A DNA stretch of 64,000 nucleotides from Trichoplax adhaerens (taxonomy: Eukaryota > Animalia > Placozoa), in contig NW_002060959.1 in assembly GCF_000150275.1 (NCBI RefSeq), positions 46,237 to 110,236 of the forward strand, written 5' to 3'. The notes below the pieces were generated by a model. That model was not told the origin of the DNA. It did not search any database and saw only the letters and a list, made by a program, of their open reading frames with translations. How positions within the stretch are numbered: position 1 is the first letter of the stretch; every line of letters begins with the position of its first letter. Position numbers and translations under genes: made by a program. This document shows positions 49,845 through 63,459 of the stretch, one piece after another.

Positions 49845-52800
49845 CATCTACAACTGCATTTAAAGCATTTCTCTGATCATTTAGTTGATATTATGCTTTC
49901 GATCATCTCATTCATTGTCAAATATTATCTACAGTAGATAGTCCGCCATTCAACAACCTCTCGTAATTACGTCATATTTTTCTGAGATGGATACAAAAAA
50001 CTAGTGGTGTTATTACCGTACTTGGACAGTAACAGTGTTACATTAAGCATTCTAACATTATATCGAAAGCCGATAAACAGTTAGCAATGAATAAAATTGA
50101 AGATTTGTATAAAAAAATTCGTATCAATAATACAGGTCTGATTTATTCTCTTATATTAAGAAATATTCTATATTTCGATACATCCGTAGAATATGGATTT
50201 AAGTTCATAGTTAATTTTTATAAGGATTTATTATACTGCACCAGAAGGTATGTTTGTGTCTTATATTTAGTTGTATAGATATTTTAATATGATATCAATC
50301 CATTCCAACTAGTGATTACATTGTACAATAATACCGTTACTTTTAAATAGTATTACTTACAAATGCTTCTTATACTATACTATATTATTCCCCTAGGAGT
50401 AAATCGCCGTAGGCGTATGACACAATTAGACAATCTCAGTTTAATTTTTAAAATTTCCCTGAGCTGCTTACGTTCGTCATCGACGTAAGATTACGGTTTC
50501 TTAGTATAAAGGAACATTTTAATCTTACTAACGCATCTGCTGTCAATCATAGCGATAAGTAACTACCTCAGCAGAGCAAAAGTTCCAGTAAATACGTTGT
50601 CATGTTATCAGAATACTCGTTACTTCAACTATAAGTTTCAAAATGATACAAAGTGAAAGAAACTTAAAATTTTAATCCATAAATAAATTGTTGCAATATT
50701 TCTTACAGTTAATAACATGCAGAGGAGACAATTTAAAGTGTCATGAGGTATGAATTCGAGATATAATGAAAAATTAGAATATTAATAAACTAGCTAGATA
50801 GATTTCATTTCCAGAAATTATAAACTAAAGTTAGTGTTTGTGTTAGCATTGTAAATACACGTATTCATCAATTTGTTTACAAATTGATTCCAGATTCATA
50901 AATTTCGTAATAACAAGATATTATTCAGATTTATGTAGCAATGGTTTAATTCCAAATTCAAACTTAAATCAAGAGTAGGCTATAATGTTAAAGTATATAT
51001 GAAAATTCTGGTCTTTAATCATCTCAATATTATTTTACACAAGTTTTTGTACCGTTTTCAAGTAAGAATTGAGTAACATCAGAAAATTATTTCAAGAAAA
51101 TCAAATGTACCACTTTGATAGCAAGAAAATAATAACTGCCATCATTGAAAATAGTAATCCAATGAAGGACTTGCAGGCAAACTTTTATAAAGATTTCTCT
51201 TCATTTTAATTCATTATTATACATCAAAGTTCTTACTCAAGAAAAAGAGAAAGATGAATTTCAGAAATCATCAAATAAATTGTGTAATTTTGTTAAACCA
51301 ACGAAGGAATCGAAAATCAATTCGATCTCCAATTAATTAAGATAACGTAGTGTAACTCGTAAAGTAGCTTAAGGTTACGATTATAAGATTATGCAAGAAT
51401 ACCTGAAGTTTTAGATTTGCTTATAAGATCATGCAATTTTCCCTTTCTTGATAGTACAATAAATATTTAGTTTAACTTACAAAATATCACATATGGATAA
51501 TACAGTAAAGTTTAGCTTTAATTGAGGAAGTCGATAAGTTAGTTGATAACAGATGATTATTAGTGATTAGCAGTAGATTGCAAGTTATGAGTTCAATCGG
51601 ACATTTTAGTAAATAGCTTTTAGAATAAAGTTTTGATTCTTAGTGTGAGTATTCTATCTTCTAAGACTCGAATCTAAGTTTGGTAGATTAAAGAGTGCTT
51701 AGAGTTAGTCGCTTAGATAGTTAAGACTACTTTAGAGGAAAGAATCCCGTTCATTTTCGTGTTGCAATCTCGGTTGTGGCAGAAGATGTGTTGGCCTCCC
51801 TAACAATCCTAAGCCAAGATTTTTGGGGTAACCAAATAAGAATTAAACTACTGCCTAGTGGATACGGATTATGAATTTGCCAAGTGTATTTTATCTCCTC
51901 GCCATCTTACTTTAATAATTGGTTACTAACACAACACACGTAATCGTATCGTAAGAATTTCAGAGCTAAATGAACTATATTTTAGGGTATTTTAGGTTAT
52001 AAAATATGCATACTTGAACTGCAGGCGCTTTGTTTTTGGTAGATCTGTAATATTATGTTTTGTAAACTCGTCACTGCAACTAAATATACTCTTACTGACC
52101 TTTAGTTTTAGTTCGTATTTTACAAAATCACTATAATGATGATACGATCGTGTTATGTAGTTTTTACATTACGTTAAAACTAGTCGATTGGAATAATCAA
52201 CATTGCTATAGTTCATTTACCTATGCTTCAATAGCCAATGAAGAATGGATTAAGAACGAGCTCTATTAAGATTGAAATTATTCCCTTGAAATACAGTGCA
52301 ATTGGCGATTAACACATTGCAAAGCCTACACACTGAAGGTAGGTCTCATTTTATTAATGAAGAAAATAGCATCATCGAATAAAGTATAACTACTTTTTCC
52401 ATAATGTTTCTATAAGCCGAATTCAAATTTCTTGGAAAGATACTCTCTACAGCTGGAAACATCACTTCAGTACAATTCATCCTATGTTAATGGTCAATCT
52501 CAATTTGTTAGTATGAAAGAGCTACAAGATTTTGCAACGTCAACAAGCTAATTACACAATTATGATAAGCTTAATTCCGTCATTATTTACTGCTTTGCTG
52601 GCTATGTATCCCTCTAATTTTTTCTAATACAGTCATACATATCTGCACTCAAGTGCAGCAATCAATTAGTATGGTATCTTGAAATGACACCAAATCATCC
52701 ACAGTGACCCTCGACGATGCCTATTTCACGCTTTGCAAATTAAGACTAGTTTATTGTGTTAGAGGTATTAAAAATATCACTCAAACAAGTAACTCATTGT

Positions 52801-54290
52801 TCTAGGGAAAAATCGTTATATAATGCCACCTAAGTAATCATGCTGTCGGCTGTATCTAACATGGAGCCCATTACAAGATTGCAACTTTTATCTAATTAAA
52901 GTTTCATTTTAAATCTAGACTTGCAACTATAAAATTCAGGAACAATAAAGGGGAGCTTTCGTAACCGTTTAGCCTAAGCATATTTAAATAGTCAAGCGTA
53001 AACGGTGTTTCAAGTTCACCTGCTTAAAATCATCTTTGAAGTTATATACAAGTATGACTGCATGAGTACAATTACGAATATCATGTTTTTACCCTTTGGA
53101 ATTATCTTTGCAACATAATAATTGCAGAAAGTATTATACCTTTTTTAACGTCTATCTTCATTTGAAATCTTGGAATCATGTTTTGAAATGCAATAGTTGT
53201 AATCATTAAACATCTATTAGAACATTTTCAACGATATCATCAAAGGTATAGATAGAATCTGTATCAGATCTTGAAAATAAATTAAAACTTCGGCTTTGGA
53301 TTTTTCTCTCGCCAAGCTGCAATCTTGGCATTCGACGCAATGCGTTGGTATAAGCTATGCAGACCTTGCACCTGATGAAAGATGTATTCTTTATAGCCCA
53401 GAAAGCTTTTTAGCAGCAAAGTAAAAGTATAAATCACCTAGAGTCAGCTATAATTCAAATAGTTATCATAGAACAATTAACGTATTCTCTATAGCCAAGA
53501 AAACTTTTAGCAGCAAATATAAGATGTTCAGCAGCAAAGTAAAAGTATAAATCACCTAGAGTCAGCTATAATTCAAATGGTTATGATAGAATAATTAAGA
53601 AATAATTGATCTACCTGCCTAGATATATGAACTATTTATCTAGCTAGCTTACCGTAAATTAGCAGCTGATAAACTACTCCTTCAATTTCTTATTATCTAC
53701 TGTCGTCAGGAATATCGACGTCACATAGCATCATGAATTTTAAACAATCAGACTCGATTTAGGTATAAAGTGTAGATAGATCATTAACCTGCAAAGCGAT
53801 CTACGTACATATTATCCTGCTGTCTCGTTATCATTATAATACAATGAAAATATGTTTAATCCATTAACTTTTATCCATTTGTAAGTGATCTAGACTGCAA
53901 TTATAGCGACTAAGATCGAAATAGATAATTTCTGCTTATTAAATACGTCAATTCCTATTTTTATCTGATTGAGATGTGATCTTTATCCAGATACCATATT
54001 GTTTCATACTAATATAGACTTTTGCTAATTTCTGAAAATTTAAAGCAAAATTTAGTAAATTCGACCCATAATAGCAGAATATAAGTGAAAAAGAATGCGA
54101 TAAGTTCTACACTTAACAATAATTGTTAATAGTGCCCTAGTTTATTAAGGAATTAAAGTTCAAGTAATATAAATTAAGACATTGCCGATATGTCTACTAC
54201 ATAAATTACATTAATCTTATATTAAAGTACTATCAATTCTTACCATTTTTGTACATATCTAATAATTATTGTCTATTAAATTATTACAAG

Positions 54291-54358
54291 CGTTGCCAGA
54301 ACATTCGAAATTTCTCTTTACAATGGCGAAACTGTGCGAGTTAATAATCCAGATTCAC
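54291..54358 (+). CDS. Small exon (VARTFEISLYNGETVRVNNPDS), phase 2-1, preceding a DD exon
   Basis: tacaag| acceptor and C|gtaagc donor. The paralog at 57957-58030 has a frame-preserving 6-nt insertion. Confidence 0.55.
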
Positions 54359-54503
54359 GTAAGCGATACTTGCTAGTAATTTACAACTATATTTGCTGAT
54401 GTAACGTTTATTCATTATCGTCTTTATGTCTAATCATTAAAACTATCTTCAACACCGCAGTGCAAATAATCAAATACGTATGCCTCTTTTTACATAACGA
54501 TAG

Positions 54504-54779
54504 CTGCACAACGCTATTTTAACCTGATTATCAAAGATATTGGCGCAGAATGGAAAGACTTAGCTAGAGTCCTAGATTTTGATCAGACCCGAATTAAAAC
54601 TATTAAAGCCAATAATTCTCTCGATGTCAATGACCAATGTGCGGAGATGTTACATGTACAACATAATACGAAAGGGAAAAGTTTCAACAAGTTAGAGCTA
54701 ATTAAAGCTCTCTATAAAGCTAATTTAGCTGCAGTTGCAGAAAAGATAAACATAGATCATGAGATAACCCAAGATCCTG
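54504..54779 (+). CDS. Death domain exon (type 3), 276 nt, phase 1-1
   Basis: gatag|CT acceptor and G|gtaaat donor. Translation AAQRYFNLIIKDIGAEWKDLARVLDFDQTRIKTIKANN...DQCAEML...LIKALYKANLAAVAEKI. Confidence 0.85.
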
Positions 54780-57700
54780 GTAAATATCGTCATTGTTTAA
54801 TATTTTTACTTGACGTAGAAAATTGTTAATTAACTACTATACTAATATGAATATTAGAGTTATTGCATCATGAATTAAGATTAGTATCGACACAGCAGTA
54901 GAGTTGATCACTAGGATAACTAATAGTTACAGTATAATGAAATTAATTAATGAAAGATAAATATGTATAATTACTGCTTAAATTTAAAAAACCCTATAAA
55001 TAGAGGAAGCCAGAAAGCATTAAACACTAATAATGATCAAGGTCAAGTACATAAAATTGTTCGTTTAAAATAACTAGAATATATTCAATCAAAAAGTAGA
55101 ACATAGATCATATTGTATAACTGCTAATAGCGTGCTAATTATGTTATAAATCTGCAATAAGCAGATTACACTATCAGGCGTCTGATAGTAATTAGAAATA
55201 CTCGGAGGATGCGCCAGCTTTATAAAAATATGCTGGTTATAAGAATCGCTTTAGATGGGTATGAATTCATACGGGTACATCATAACATGCTAAAGCAGTA
55301 ATAATTAGTATACAAATCGATTCGAATGCAGAGATCACCTTAGTGAAAGTTAAACGTAAACGTAATCTACAAATCATCACAAAANNNNNNNNNNNNNNNN
55401 NNNNNNNNNNNNNNNNNNNNNNNNNNNNNNNNNNGGCATAGTGTCAGTGCTTTATTTACATAATTAAATTAAAAATTTTGATTATCTTTATGGCCGCGAT
55501 ATGCAAAAGATATGGGCAGCAATGATGGAGTTGGAAGACAAGTCGTAGATAGCGAATGTCAGATGGTTTATACTCATATCATCATCCCCAATTGTTATGA
55601 CTAATGCTAATTAAACAGTCTCATTTTACTTTATTAAACTACTTAAACATAGGATATACGATTTTGTAATATAATTTAATTACAAATCGTGATACAAAAG
55701 AGAGAAATATGGTAACCGGTCAGTGGTCAACTTATATACTGAAAGTGAATTCAATGATGACTCTACACTACATTTGTCGGTGTTCTGTAAGCCAAGCAAA
55801 GAGATCTTCCTGCCCGAGTTACCAATTCGATATATCAGCTCCATAGTTAAGCTAATAAAATTTTCATAACAAGAAAGCAGAAATGAGCTGCATACGTGTA
55901 GATTACTACGAGTAGAATCATCTCTGCTAACTAATTGATGCCGACTTACTTATATCTTATAATTTACAGTACGAATACGAGTAACAATCATTTTAAGACT
56001 TCTAAATGCACGATACAAAGCAATATTACTCTACTTAGTGAAATTAATCTTATTATTAGATACTTTTTCTAGATAGATTTAGCCCTTTCATGGAAAATGC
56101 AGGTAAAATTTTGCATTCATTTTCATCATCAACGAAGTAATTATTACATCGATTGATTAACTTATTAGTTTTAAATTTTATATTTATTGCTCTAATTACC
56201 TAGATAGTGCTACATTGGCCATTCTTTCTATATTAGAGATGTTTCGAGTCTAGAACTTCTTGTAATCAATTAATCCACAATCTCGGCTTTAATTATAATT
56301 ACAAGATGACGTAACTGCCATATGAATATTATTACGCACGCGTATTTAAAATGGATGCTACGGCCGTAAGTAGACATCGATCCTGACCTGTAGTGGCTAT
56401 ATTAATTAAATAGCGCTCTACCACATTTATTCTGCTCGGCATTCGATAACCTCCAACGTGCATCAAAGTGGCGGCATTGATCTTGAATTAACTTTCTCAG
56501 CTTTTATCCTTTATTGATCGACGTTAAGGACATTGAATTTGCTCATTTTATTATTAATAAAGTCAGCTTCAGCCGCTGTTTGAAATGAATAAAACGTAAG
56601 TAAACATTTTAGGAAGCATTTATCTTCAATTTCTATTTTGTACTTGATAATTTGTTATGAAATGGCTGGTACGACTCCATTAATTAGCATCTCTATCGGC
56701 TTATTTGCAATCAATATACGTAATTGCTAAGAGTAAGGTGTTAAAGTCTTTATATAAATTATCATCTTAAATTAAATTACCTATAAATGGACTAATGAAA
56801 ACAATAAGTTGTGATTATTGAAAGTAGTGAAAACTAGACTGGTTACTGATCACTTGAATAGTCAGGCAAACTTAGTATTTATCAAATTTGTCAGACTACA
56901 ATCTCTTCTAGAGCTAAACTTTAGACCTTCAATTTTTTGGAAATGTCATCAGTTAATTCATACAGTTAATATATATATAAACATCTACGAGCCCTGCTTA
57001 GATAACTTTATTAAACTATTTCGGTTATCTATGTAAATGTGCATCAGAACATAGATCAAATAAGTACTAATATCGGCAAATTTTAAATCACTTTTTAACA
57101 TTTTAATTATCTTACAGATACTACGCTATTGCTATTCTATAAAATTCGTGTAATTCGATGTTCTGCTATAATAAAATAAAATAAAATTAAGATAGGTAAC
57201 CAACAAAGGAGTATCTACTGTACAAGTTTTCTAGCTAGCAACTATCGCTTACTTTCGTTTATTTATGCTGTATACTATTATAATAATCTAATCTGTAAGA
57301 ATTTCACTCAAGTTACCGTAAATTAGCAGCTGATAAGCTACTTCTTCAATTTCTTATTACCTACTATCGTAGGGAATATCGATGTCACATAGTATCATGA
57401 ATTTTAAACAATCAAACTCGATATAGGCCTACAGTGCAGATAGATCATTAACTGCAAAGCGATCTACGTACATATTATCCTGCTGTCTCGATATCATCGA
57501 AATACAATAAAAATATGTTTAATTTACTAACTTTAATACATTTGTAAGTGATCTAGACTGCAAATGCAGGAACTACGATCGAGGTAGATGATTTACTGCT
57601 TAATTAAATGCCTTAATCCCTATCTCTATATCATTGAGGTGTGATCTTTATCCAGATACCACTTTGTTTCATATTAATATAGACTTTACTAATTTCTGAA

Positions 57701-57956
57701 AATTTTAAAGCAAAATTTAGTGAATTCGATCCATAATAGCAGAATATAAGTGAAAGAAGTATACGATAAAATCTACACTTGACAATAGTTGTTAATAGTG
57801 CCCTAGTTTATTAAGGAATTAAAGTTCAAGTAATATAAATTAAGACATTGCCGATATGTCTACTACAGAAATTACATTAATCTTGTATTAAAGTACTATC
57901 AATTCTTACCTTTTTTGTGCAAATCTAATAATTATTGTCTATTAAATTATTACAAG

Positions 57957-58030
57957 CGTTGCAAGAACATTCGAAATTTCTCTTTACAATGGCAAAACTA
58001 AGCGAGTAAAAGTTAATAATTCAGATTTAC
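57957..58030 (+). CDS. Small exon, paralog of 54291-54358 (+2 codons)
   Basis: Same splice sites; open frame. Confidence 0.55.
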
Positions 58031-58176
58031 GTAAGCGCTGCTTTCTCGTAATTTACAACTATATTTGCTGATATAACGTTTATACATTATCGTCTTTATG
58101 TCTAATCATTAAAACTATCTTCAACACTGCAGTGCAAATAATCAAAATATGTATATCTCTTTTTACATAACGATAG

Positions 58177-58452
58177 CTGCACAACGCTATTTTAACCTGA
58201 TTATCAAAGATATTGGCGCAGAATGGAAAGACTTAGCTAGAGTCTTAGATTTTGATCAGACCCGAATTAAAACTATTACAGCTAATAATCTTCTCGATGT
58301 CGATGACCAATGTGCGGAGATGTTACATGTACAACATAATACGAAAGGGAAAAGTTTCAACAAGTTAGAGCTAATTAAAGCTCTCTATAAGGCTAATTTA
58401 GCTGCAGTTGCAGAAAAGATAAACATCGATCATGAGATAACCCAAGATCCTG
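58177..58452 (+). CDS. Death domain exon (type 3), second copy, 276 nt, phase 1-1
   Basis: Same splice sites as 54504-54779; differs at KANNSLDVND vs TANNLLDVDD. Confidence 0.85.
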
Positions 58453-60923
58453 GTAAATATCGTCATTGTTTAATATTTTTACTTGACGTAGAAGATAGAG
58501 AATATCTCGTAGAAAATTGTTAATTAACTACTATACTAATATGAATATTAGAGTTATTGCATCATAAATTAAGATTAGTATCGAAACAGCAGTAGAGTTG
58601 ATCACTAGGATAACTAATATTTACAGTATAATGAAATTAATTAATGAAAGATAAATATGTACAATTACTGCTTGAATTTAAAAAACCCTATAGGTAGTGG
58701 AAGTCAGAAAGCATTAAGCACTAATAAAGATCAAGGTCAAGTACATAAAATTGTTCGTTTAAAATAACTAGAATATATTCAATCAAAGAGTAGGACATAG
58801 ATCATATTGTATAACTGCTAATAGCGTGCTAATTATGTTATAAATCTGCAATAAGCAGATTACACTATCAGGCGTCTGATAGTAATTAGAAATACTCGGA
58901 GGATGCGCCAGCCTTATAAAAATATGCTGGTTATAAGAATCGCTTTAGATGGGTATGAATTCATACGGGTACATCATAACATGCTAAAGCAGTAATAATT
59001 AGTATACAAATCGATTCGAATGCAGAGATCACCTTAGTGAAAGTTAAACGTAAACGTAATCTACAAATCATCACAAAAACTCATTTTGTGACAATTCCAT
59101 ACATGCAAACTGAAATAAATCTGTCCTACCAACTCTACTTACGCTATTAAAATTAAACATTTCTTAACATCGAACTTAATTTTGGGGTTATACCGTAGCC
59201 ATGGACTCTCATTCGTGCATATACACTGTTCTATTTATTTGACTCACCAGCATCTCTTAGGTATAAAAATTGATTGATTTCATCAATAAAGATAGTGGTA
59301 GTAGGGACTGAAACCTGTAATTGACGATTATGAAACAACTGTAATATTTTAAATCAGTTTTAAGGAAGTATTTTAGTATTTCGTTGTATTTGCAATCGTC
59401 AGCAGTCTAAATTGACGAATAGATCGCGTTGAACTTAAGATTCTTAATTCTGCTATGCTTATAACATAATTACTTGGTTACTTGTGTAAATGGCATCATA
59501 TACGCAGTAAATATGACTGATCTTTCTAGTTGTCATCAGTATACTGTACTGATACGTTAACATTGAGCTATAGCTGCTATCTATTTCCACTAATTAAATT
59601 AAAACTCTGCTATAGCTTTATTAAACAATTGACTTGGAAAAATAATATAATTGAAGGCTACTATTAATTTTAAACTTTCTAACATGTATTAAAAGCATCA
59701 GTTTACATCAAATAGATTATGCGCTATTTTTGTTAACCATTACCTCTTAATAAGTAAGAAAAATTTTAGCATTTGCGCGGGTAACAGCAAAATAATCATT
59801 AATGAATAAGATACCAGTTTTTTGATACAGATTATTCCAAAATAATTACACATCCCCTACTACCCAACCCAACAATATAAAGCGCTTATCTTAAATACAA
59901 TCGCTTTTAATTAGAATTAGCGCANAAGAAAAAAAGATATAGCTTCTATCANAACTGTAGCTTTTCTCGAACTTAAACATCTATTTAATATTTTAGATAA
60001 GCCACCCAAAACGTCCTCAGGATCAAATGACTCAGAGCATCGTANNNNNNNNNNNNNNNNNNNNNNNNNNNNNNNNNNNNNNNNNNNNNNNNNNNNNNNN
60101 NNNNNNNNNNNNNNNNNNNNNNNNNNNNNNNNNNNNNNNNNNNNNNNNNNNNNNNNNNNNNNNNNNNNNNNNNNNNNNNNNNNNNNNNNNNNNNNNNNNN
60201 NNNNNNNNNNNNNNNNNNNNNNNNNNNNNNNNNNNNNNNNNNNNNNNNNNNNNNNNNNNNNNNNNNNNNNNNNNNNNNNNNNNNNNNNNNNNNNNNNNNN
60301 NNNNNNNNNNNNNNNNNNNNNNNNNNNNNNNNNNNNNNNNNNNNNNNNNNNNNNNNNNNNNNNNNNNNNNNNNNNNNNNNNNNNNNNNNNNNNNNNNNNN
60401 NNNNNNNNNNNNNNNNNNNNNNNNNNNNNNNNNNNNNNNNNAAACGATCAGAGTAGAGAATAGTACATCAACTACATAATGAAATTAGATTTTCAATTTA
60501 CAGTTTTGTTATACTGTACTCAACTAAATCAATAATTGGTATTTCAGCTTATTACGCACAGAACGAGTACCGGTAATTAATAATATAGCTTTTTCGTAAT
60601 TTAGAAAGTACAGCTTTTTCCGAAACTTTAGCTGTAAAGGGCCTATGATAGCTAAAATTGCTCTATCGCAAGTCAATTGATAGAATCTGTTGCATCGATC
60701 AAAGTAATCCCTACTTTACAGCTCCTGTATTTGCATGCACTTAAAATAGAGCTCATTTAAAGATCGAATAGTGTTAAAATACCTACAAGGGTATTACATT
60801 GAGCCTATTAAACAAACTTATGTGTTTAATATGTATGAGTAGAAAGCGAATATTTTGGTATTAATGCATGTTTTACTCATTTCTGTTAACGCAAATTGAT
60901 ACGTCTTGGGTCTATTTTGCAAG

Positions 60924-60986
60924 AATCTGAGATTAGTCGAAAGGAAGGAACAGCAATGCAAAACGCTGAGAATTCAAATCAAGATG
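60924..60986 (+). CDS. 63-nt linker micro-exon (ESEISRKEGTAMQNAENSNQD), phase 1-1
   Basis: tgcaag| acceptor and G|gtaagt donor. Confidence 0.72.
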
Positions 60987-61601
60987 GTAAGTTAGTAATG
61001 GTCATCTATTCATCGTAATTAGTTTCCTTGCATACATATAAGATTAGGTTATGCCACTTACTAACATAAGACTAAAATATGTGTGTTAGTCTAATATTAG
61101 CTTAGACGACATGAAAATAAATAAATCAATTAAGATTATAGATTGTATTGTTTGATCGAAGTAACTAATGAATTAACTATTTGATAGAGTAAATTTAGAA
61201 AATAGACCGGTAACTAATTTTATAGAGGAAGTATTTAGCATTACAGCTTTTACCAAACTAATCTGCTAATAATTCTACCTTTAGTGTAATTAAACATTAA
61301 GTTGCTTTTCTGGAAGTTAAACACTTACGAGTATAGCGCCAAGTATTATGAGTTATCGATACAATTAGTTAGGCGATAAAAGCAATAAATATTATCATCA
61401 GTATCAGGCAAGAGATTTCTTGGCTAGTACCGATTCTGAATTCAAGGTACTATCTGATCTAGGAATTTTCCTTTTTTCATGGTGCATATAATAAATTTTC
61501 CAGTTAATAATTCGCTATACTGTAGTCTGTACAATATCATGTACAATCTTCGTAATACATAATTTGGTATTGCTCATATTAAACATGTTTCCTGTTAACA
61601 G

Positions 61602-61658
61602 GAACGGATATCACTAATCAGCCACATGCAATCATCGATCAACCAAAGAAAAAACGCC
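61602..61658 (+). CDS. 57-nt micro-exon ending in a PKKKR NLS-like motif (GTDITNQPHAIIDQPKKKR), phase 1-1
   Basis: ttaacag| acceptor and C|gtaagt donor; length divisible by 3; open frame. Confidence 0.62.
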
Positions 61659-62971
61659 GTAAGTTATTTATCACCGTAAATAAAGGCCTAATCAACAAAT
61701 CATCACGAAAACACGTTTTAGGGCAATTCCATACATGCAAACTGTAACAAATCTGTCGTACTGACTCTACTTACCATATAATCACGCAAAGAATTTTATA
61801 ATAACAGATTACATTGCTGATTTTCTAGCAATTGTGATACTATGTAATAGTAAAATCAGCTGACGGATGAAGAAAAAATTTTCGATAACATTAAGAAAGG
61901 AGAACTAAGAACGATAATAACAGTGAATATAGCTGCTTAAATACGTTACCTAACTTGTTTATAACTTGAAAATTGCAAAGAACATCACTTAACACTTACA
62001 GAACTTAATACGAGAGAAAAATTCTATGATTAGTATTACATTTTACAAAGCTAAAATTTATATACTTGAATCATTACAAGCATCACTTTAACTTATATAA
62101 TCTATTATAAATATTGTCAACAGTCCTAAACTTCGGTATTATTTTTAAGTCATATCTAATTTACTTCTACTTAACATGTTGACAACAATAACTTATCTAA
62201 CATCTCCAATTCACGTTTACTCTACAGTAGATATCACAGTGCTTAAAGAGTATGCTGCGATTAAAGTATGATTCTATACATGTATCGGTAATACAGTTTC
62301 GCATGTAATGGCCCAAATACGATACTTAGGAAAGTATATAAATTATAATTATTAGTATTATTAATTGTAAGATACGTACTGTACTCGTACATATCAAAAC
62401 TGCACTGTATAAGAGAGCTTACAATTTACAAGGCGATCCAGGTTTGTTGCAAGTGATCATTCAAAGTCTTAACTTCTTGCAACAACTCCCACATTATGTT
62501 GCAATTTTTTTGTAGTCTCATAAGTACTAAATATAGGAATCTATCATACAAAACGTTACAAATCTAACCAACTAAGTAACTATGGAAGGCATTATATCAA
62601 TCCTTATCGCTCTGACGTCTTTTCTAGTTACTAGACTTTAAGAAAAACTGAAAATTAATCTTGAAACATTATCAAACATTTTTGTATAGTAACTAGGACA
62701 GTTTTTCGTCGTTAACGTAAACAAATTATATTTCATTGCAGACGCTATACAATATAGCATTTTACATTATTGGAGTGTTGTTAATAAGCCCTTTATAAAG
62801 GATAGCGTTTTACTACGAAATCTGAATTGTAATCTAGAAATGCTGTCTAGCTCTCTTTCCTTAGAACTCGTAGGTAATTGCTAACATTTTCAGCCTATCC
62901 ACGAATTTGTGATACAAGATTTNNNNNNNNNNNNNNNNNNNNNNNNNNNNNNNNNNNNNNNNNNNNNNNNN

Positions 62972-63459
62972 NGGGACTACACTTCTTTGACCGTCACTAG
63001 GTTACTCGATTACACAAGTAGTTGAGCGCAGGCTTTTGAACAGATAACTATCACTACAGTTTATTCTTTTCTATGCCTTTCTCCTCGTCCACATGGCATC
63101 ATAGTTAGCCTTTATATACTTTCTAAGATATTTACTATTTACATTAATCTCACGTAGGAGATCTCACAACCATAACCTCCTATCCAGTAATAATCTTACA
63201 ACACGACTACAAATCGTGTCAGCATAAACAACTCTCTAACACAAAGGTTGCACATCATCAAGATTTATATTTATCTAGCCTATCCTCCTATTCGAATACA
63301 TACAAAATAACTAAGGACAGTTGATCATCAAAACACCTTACTAACAAACATCATAACACATCAATTTCCATCAATAACAAACACCATAACACTTCAATTT
63401 CTATCTATAACAAACACCATAACACTTCTAACTCATCACGGCAAAAAGGTACCGTGACA
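62972..63459 (-). mobile_element. LTR fragment (other end lost in the gap)
   Basis: Ends GGTACCGTGACA (reverse complement TGTCACGGTACC, like TGTCATGGTAC of the outer LTR). It abuts catatctaatt, which continues as a copy of the 62151+ intron sequence. Minus-strand TATA (~63113) and AATAAA (~63060). Confidence 0.65.

Larger units (their letters stand above)
53648..59079. repeat. Direct segmental duplication: 53648-55384 vs 57311-59079 (offset ~3.67 kb), each with a small exon and a DD exon
   Basis: Aligns by eye at high identity. The first copy ends at an N gap, so it may be partly an allelic assembly artefact. Confidence 0.85.
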
